From: an archaeon
GTDB lineage: Archaea > Nanobdellota > Nanobdellia > Pacearchaeales > GW2011-AR1
Assembly (NCBI GenBank): GCA_043810285.1
Contig: JBDROH010000019.1
Span: 1 to 49,009, forward strand
Direction: 5' to 3'
Length of the DNA stretch: 49,009 bases
In this document: one piece after another, positions 44,744 through 49,009 of the stretch
How positions within the stretch are numbered: position 1 is the stretch's first letter
How the letters are laid out: every line of letters begins with the position of its first letter
The notes under the pieces: model-generated
What the model was told of the DNA's origin: nothing
What the model saw: the letters and a program-made list of their open reading frames with translations, nothing else
Databases searched by the model: none
Position numbers and translations under genes: made by a program

Positions 44744-47134
44744 ATGGATATGTTGACTTTAAAAGATATCAAGAATTGGAATGTGGAAATAGAGAAAGAG
44801 ATAACGCAAAACTGGAAAGATTCGGAACTTTTCACATTTAATCCAAAAACAAAAAAGAAAATTTACTCAATAGATACGCCTCCTCCGTATATTAATTCTC
44901 CAATTCATATGGGGCACGCAGTAACTTATTGCTTTATGGATTTTTTCGCGCGGTATCGACGGATGAAAGGTGATGAAGTTTTGTTTCCATTAGGTTTAGA
45001 CCGAAATGGACTTCCAATAGAAATGGCGACGGAGAAAAAATTCAAAATTTCACCATTTAAAATTGGTAGGGAAAAATTTGTGGAGTATTGTAAAAAACTT
45101 TTGAGCAAAGCATCGGCAGAATCAATTGATTCTTTTGCGAAACTTGGGATCTCATTTTCATCTTATAAGGAAGGGGATGAAATTGGTGCAGTTTATAATA
45201 CTGATTCTCCAGAATATCGAACCCTAACCCAATCAACTTTCGTTGAACTTTATAAGAAAGGGCTGATTTATGAGGCTTCTCGAATTAATAGTTGGGACTC
45301 CAAACTTCGAACCACAATTGCTGACTCTGAAATTGATTATGAAGAAATTCAATCTACGTTTAATGATATTAAATGGACGGTTAAAGAGACTGGAGAGGAA
45401 ATTGTAATTGGAACAACACGACCAGAATTAATCGCAACTTGTGGAATGGTTATCTATAACCCTAATGATAAAAGATACAAACATCTTGAAGGTAAGACTG
45501 CCATCTCCCCAATATTTAATGAAGAAATTCCTATAAAGGCACACCCTCTCGCACAAATTGATAAAGGAACTGGATTAGTTATGATGTGTTCGGCAGGAGA
45601 TTTATCAGACATCCAATTTTTTCGAGAGATGAAACTAACTCCAAGAATTGCAATTGGTCAAGATGGAAAAATGAATGAAAATGCAGAGATTCTCGAGGGG
45701 TTAAAAGTTAAGGAAGCACGGGGGAAAATAGTTGAACTAATAAAAGAAAAAGGTTTACTGGTTAAGCAAGAACAAATTACGCACCGAACTCCAATATCTG
45801 CAAGGTCGAAAGTAGAGATAGAATTTATTGAAATGTCGGAGTTTTACTTAAAGCAATTAGATTTTAAGGACGATATAAGAAGGATAATCAAAGACATAAA
45901 TTTCTATCCAAAAAACTCTAAAAAAATTCTTGACGCGTGGATTGACTCGGTTTCGATTGATTGGCCAATTTCACGACGAAGATACTATGCAACACCCATT
46001 CCATTATGGTATTCAGAAAATCTAATTGCTTTAGCTCCGCAAGGAACGTACATAGAACCTTGGAGGCAAGACCCTCCAAAAGAATCCGAAGTTCTCGATT
46101 TGGAAACAAAAAAAGTTTTAGGCACTATTGCAGATTATCCAAAAAATAAATGGTCTGGTGAAGAGCGAGTTTTAGATACTTGGTTTGATTCTTCAATCTC
46201 CGAGTTGAATATGTTAAAGTATAAATCTGACGACGAGTTCTTCAAGAAAGCTTATCCTGCTACACTCCGGCCTCAAGGAAAAGAAATTGTCCGGACTTGG
46301 TTATATTATACTATTTTAAGGGGATTCTTGGAAACTGGAAAGGCCTGTTTTAAAGATACTTGGATTCACCAACACATTCTCGACGGTAATGGGCGAAAAA
46401 TGTCAAAGTCATTAGGAAATATAATCGACCCTCAATTAATCTTAAATGAGGATGGAGCTGAGGCATTAAGGTTCTGGGCTGCAACGGAAGGAGATTTGTC
46501 CAAGGGTGATTTTGTTTGCTCACGAGAAAAGATACGTGCAGAAAGAAAATCTTTGAATAAGCTACTCAACATTTCACATTTTGTAATGGCGTTTGGGAAG
46601 CCAAAGACAAAACCAAAATTGACTCCCTTGGATAAGCTAATGATAGATTATATTGAAGGACTAACTGTAAAATGTGACAAGTCTTACAAAGTTTACGATT
46701 TTAATCATCCTGCACAGGAACTAAGGAACTTCCTTTGGGAAATTTTCGCTTCAAGTTATATAGAACTTGTAAAAAACAGGGCCTACAATGAAGAAGGAAA
46801 ATTTATAGAAGAAGAATCTGCATCAGCAAAATATACACTTCACTTTCTTCTTGAGAGATTAATAACCTTACTCTATCCGATTATTCCTCAAATAACTTCT
46901 GTAATTGCAAATGAAAAAGGAATAGATTTGTTAACCTTAGAATGGCCTCAAGCAAAAAAAACAGAGTTTGAAGTAGATAATGAAATTATTAAAAAAGTAA
47001 TTGATTTTAACAAAATGGTTTGGAAAGCGAAAAAAGAATTGGGAATCTCATTGAGAGAGTCGATTAAAGATATTAGTATTCCGAAAGAATTGCAATTATT
47101 TGAGAAAGACCTGAAAGCTTGTCACAAAATATAA
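44744..47134 (+). CDS. valS: valyl-tRNA synthetase (archaeal type)
   Basis: IDTPPPYINSPIHMGHA (HIGH region), GLDRNGLPIE, and the KMSKS motif RKMSKSLGN. Confidence 0.85.
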   Translation: MDMLTLKDIKNWNVEIEKEITQNWKDSELFTFNPKTKKKIYSIDTPPPYINSPIHMGHAVTYCFMDFFARYRRMKGDEVLFPLGLDRNGLPIEMATEKKFKISPFKIGREKFVEYCKKLLSKASAESIDSFAKLGISFSSYKEGDEIGAVYNTDSPEYRTLTQSTFVELYKKGLIYEASRINSWDSKLRTTIADSEIDYEEIQSTFNDIKWTVKETGEEIVIGTTRPELIATCGMVIYNPNDKRYKHLEGKTAISPIFNEEIPIKAHPLAQIDKGTGLVMMCSAGDLSDIQFFREMKLTPRIAIGQDGKMNENAEILEGLKVKEARGKIVELIKEKGLLVKQEQITHRTPISARSKVEIEFIEMSEFYLKQLDFKDDIRRIIKDINFYPKNSKKILDAWIDSVSIDWPISRRRYYATPIPLWYSENLIALAPQGTYIEPWRQDPPKESEVLDLETKKVLGTIADYPKNKWSGEERVLDTWFDSSISELNMLKYKSDDEFFKKAYPATLRPQGKEIVRTWLYYTILRGFLETGKACFKDTWIHQHILDGNGRKMSKSLGNIIDPQLILNEDGAEALRFWAATEGDLSKGDFVCSREKIRAERKSLNKLLNISHFVMAFGKPKTKPKLTPLDKLMIDYIEGLTVKCDKSYKVYDFNHPAQELRNFLWEIFASSYIELVKNRAYNEEGKFIEEESASAKYTLHFLLERLITLLYPIIPQITSVIANEKGIDLLTLEWPQAKKTEFEVDNEIIKKVIDFNKMVWKAKKELGISLRESIKDISIPKELQLFEKDLKACHKI

Positions 47135-47171
47135 CACAAAACTCTATAAATAAAATTCTCTATCTCTAGTT

Positions 47172-48266
47172 ATGGATGAAGCACAAAAATTTGAATTGGA
47201 AAGCTTAGTTGAGGAACTGGAAGGATATAGAGGAAGACATACAGAGCTCATTACCGTTATGGTTCCTGCAGGGGCCACGCTGACGCAGACGACAAAGCAG
47301 CTTGAAAATGAAAAAGGGACCGCGACGAATATCAAATCTTCTGGTGCAAGAAAAAATGTTATTAATGCTTTAGAGAGGGCGATAAGAAAGCTTAAGGAAA
47401 TTGAGCGGACACCTCCGAATGGTTTGGCGGTTTTTTCAGGGAATGTCTCCGACGTGGTTGGGAAAGAAGACTTGAAAGTCTGGGCAATTGAACCTCCAAA
47501 AAAAATGAAAGTTAAAATTTATCGTTGCGACCAAACGTTTGTTTTAGAACCTTTAAAGGAAATGTTAGAAACTGATGAAGTCTATGGGCTTTTAATTATC
47601 GAGCGAAATGAAGCATCAATCGGACTTCTCGATGGTAAACATATAAAAAAATTACAACATATGACTTCTGGGATTCCTGGGAAAACTAGGGCTGGAGGTC
47701 AGAGTTCTCAGCGTTTTGCTAGGATCAGGGAAAGTATGGCAAAAGAATTTTTTAAACGAGTTGCAGAGGCAATGAAAAAACATTTTTGGGATAATAAAAA
47801 ATTAAAAGGGATTCTCGTTGGAGGACCAATTCCTACAAAAGATGAGTTTCTTGAACAAGGGCAATTGGTAACTGCACTAAAAGAAAAAGTTATTGCAGTA
47901 AGAGATTTGGGTGGTACAGAGATGCACGGGTTGCAAGAACTTGTTCAGTTATGTGGAGATGTTTTAGCCGAACAGGAAATTACAAAACAGAAAAAAATTC
48001 TCGACGAGTTTTTTGAGAGGCTGGCAAAGGAGCCCAACAAGGTTGCATATGGTGAGGCTGAAGTTGAAGATAGGCTCAATCGGGGAGCAGTAGCTAAGTT
48101 AATCCTCTCTAAATCTTTAGATAAAGATAAGATAAAAATTTTGGAAAATCTAGCAAAAGCTTCATCGACAGAAATATATCTTGTTACAAACGAAACTTCC
48201 CAAGGAGTTCAATTCGATAATCTCGGAGGAGTGGGTGGTTTGTTGAGGTTTGAGATTCACGATTAA
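47172..48266 (+). CDS. prf1: peptide chain release factor aRF1
   Basis: NIKS (TATNIKSS), YxCxxxF (YRCDQTF) and GGQ (RAGGQSSQRF). Confidence 0.95.
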   Translation: MDEAQKFELESLVEELEGYRGRHTELITVMVPAGATLTQTTKQLENEKGTATNIKSSGARKNVINALERAIRKLKEIERTPPNGLAVFSGNVSDVVGKEDLKVWAIEPPKKMKVKIYRCDQTFVLEPLKEMLETDEVYGLLIIERNEASIGLLDGKHIKKLQHMTSGIPGKTRAGGQSSQRFARIRESMAKEFFKRVAEAMKKHFWDNKKLKGILVGGPIPTKDEFLEQGQLVTALKEKVIAVRDLGGTEMHGLQELVQLCGDVLAEQEITKQKKILDEFFERLAKEPNKVAYGEAEVEDRLNRGAVAKLILSKSLDKDKIKILENLAKASSTEIYLVTNETSQGVQFDNLGGVGGLLRFEIHD

Positions 48267-48331
48267 TAATTTCAATTAATTGAATGAACTCGAGCCAGTA
48301 ATCTTTTAAAACTCCATTACTAATAAATTAT

Positions 48332-49009
48332 ATGGAAGAAATAGAAATAAAGGAGGTAGACCATACTCCAATTATTACTGAGTCTACAGCAGAAGAACTA
48401 GATAATGTATTTGAGGACAATGAACGAAACTCAATTGAAAAAGTAGAGGCTGCACTTTTTATCGCAGGGAGGTTTCTCAACTTACAAGAGTTAATTATGT
48501 TAACTGATATGAATCCAATAATGCTCAAGGAAATTTTGCATCGTCTTGGGAAAAAATACTCTGAAGGAGTTCTCCGTTTAATTAATAGAAATAACTCTTG
48601 GAAGATGGATGTCGCAGAGAAATATCATTATCTAATCAATAAGTTAGCTACGGGAAATGTTGAATTCACTAAGGCAGAACAGGAAACTCTCGCCATCATC
48701 GCCTACAAACAACCCATCAAACAGTCTGTGATAATAAAAATTCGAGGGAATAAATCTTATGACCATATTAAAAAATTTCTGGAACTTGGTCTGGTCCTAG
48801 CGAAAGTTGTTGGGCATACATTAAATCTTTCGCTTTCTGAAGAATTTTATCTCTTGAGATGCGGCCTTTACATAAAAAAAGCCGCGGGCTTTGGGGCCCG
48901 CGGCTCGAATACCTATTTCATCAGCATTGTCGAGCGACGGTCCCCGTATTTACTACGACGACCAAGCTTACCAATACTACCAAAAGCCGATGAATCATTA
49001 TATTTCCCT
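48332..49009 (+). CDS. scpB: ScpB-like segregation/condensation protein. Family-like sequence is credible only to about 48870, and the frame then runs through GC-rich foreign-looking sequence with no stop in the window.
   Basis: Two winged-helix modules: VEAALFIAGRFLNLQELIMLT and EQETLAIIAYKQPIKQSVIIKIRGNKSYDHIKKFLELGLV. Confidence 0.7.
   Translation, partial: MEEIEIKEVDHTPIITESTAEELDNVFEDNERNSIEKVEAALFIAGRFLNLQELIMLTDMNPIMLKEILHRLGKKYSEGVLRLINRNNSWKMDVAEKYHYLINKLATGNVEFTKAEQETLAIIAYKQPIKQSVIIKIRGNKSYDHIKKFLELGLVLAKVVGHTLNLSLSEEFYLLRCGLYIKKAAGFGARGSNTYFISIVERRSPYLLRRPSLPILPKADESLYFP
48874..48904 (-). terminator. bacterial-style intrinsic terminator (minus strand): a 9-bp all-GC stem followed by U7
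   Basis: gccgcgggc (48881-48889) pairs with gcccgcggc (48896-48904), with a 6-nt loop. The A7 run at 48874-48880 reads as T7 downstream on the minus strand. Confidence 0.5.
48921..48998 (-). CDS. 25-codon hydrophobic peptide ORF (MIHRLLVVLVSLVVVVNTGTVARQC) upstream of the terminator. Its status is uncertain.
   Basis: ATG preceded by AGGGA with a 6-nt spacer. The stop lies 17 nt before the terminator stem. Confidence 0.3.
   Translation of the reverse strand: MIHRLLVVLVSLVVVVNTGTVARQC

Noticed and set aside
1-49009. CRISPR arrays, cas genes, transposases, integrases, restriction-modification or toxin-antitoxin pairs
   Set aside because: I found no regularly spaced direct repeats and no ORFs with the corresponding catalytic motifs. 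The only repeat of note is the 17-nt tRNA duplication.

Overview
This is an AT-rich archaeal chromosomal segment. Its eukaryote-like informational genes, many short or split genes and rRNA intron suggest a DPANN-type lineage, but that assignment is inference. The window opens inside the 3' end of a 23S rRNA gene interrupted by a ~767-nt intron that encodes an I-CreI-like LAGLIDADG homing endonuclease. Most of the rest is tightly packed housekeeping genes. These include L31e/L39e/S19e/L15e, TBP, ATP-dependent DNA ligase, thioredoxin, tRNA-Ile(GAU), a MetRS split from its tRNA-binding domain, MinD, NAC and Sec61beta. Further on are SBDS, proteasome alpha, Pop5, RNase J, an Mtq2-like methylase, Mre11-Rad50, RpoL, RadB, topoisomerase IA, ValRS, aRF1 and ScpB. 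The main accessory block is a ~10.5-kb archaeal type IV filament locus (15012-25467). It holds a pilin, a KaiC/ArlH-like ATPase, a split FlaJ/TadBC-type platform, a FlaI/PilB-type ATPase, and an operon of five class-III-signal-peptide proteins that includes an 840-aa vWA-domain protein. Other notable items are a heavily sequon-decorated, membrane-anchored S8 protease with a co-transcribed Cys-rich mini-protein, a lone meso-diaminopimelate dehydrogenase, and a 17-nt duplication of the tRNA-Ile 3' end. The last ~140 nt are GC-rich and look bacterial (intrinsic terminator plus a 25-codon hydrophobic ORF), and they replace the expected end of scpB. I saw no CRISPR array, transposase, integrase or recognisable defence genes. 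All calls rest on motif recognition by eye, with no searches run.
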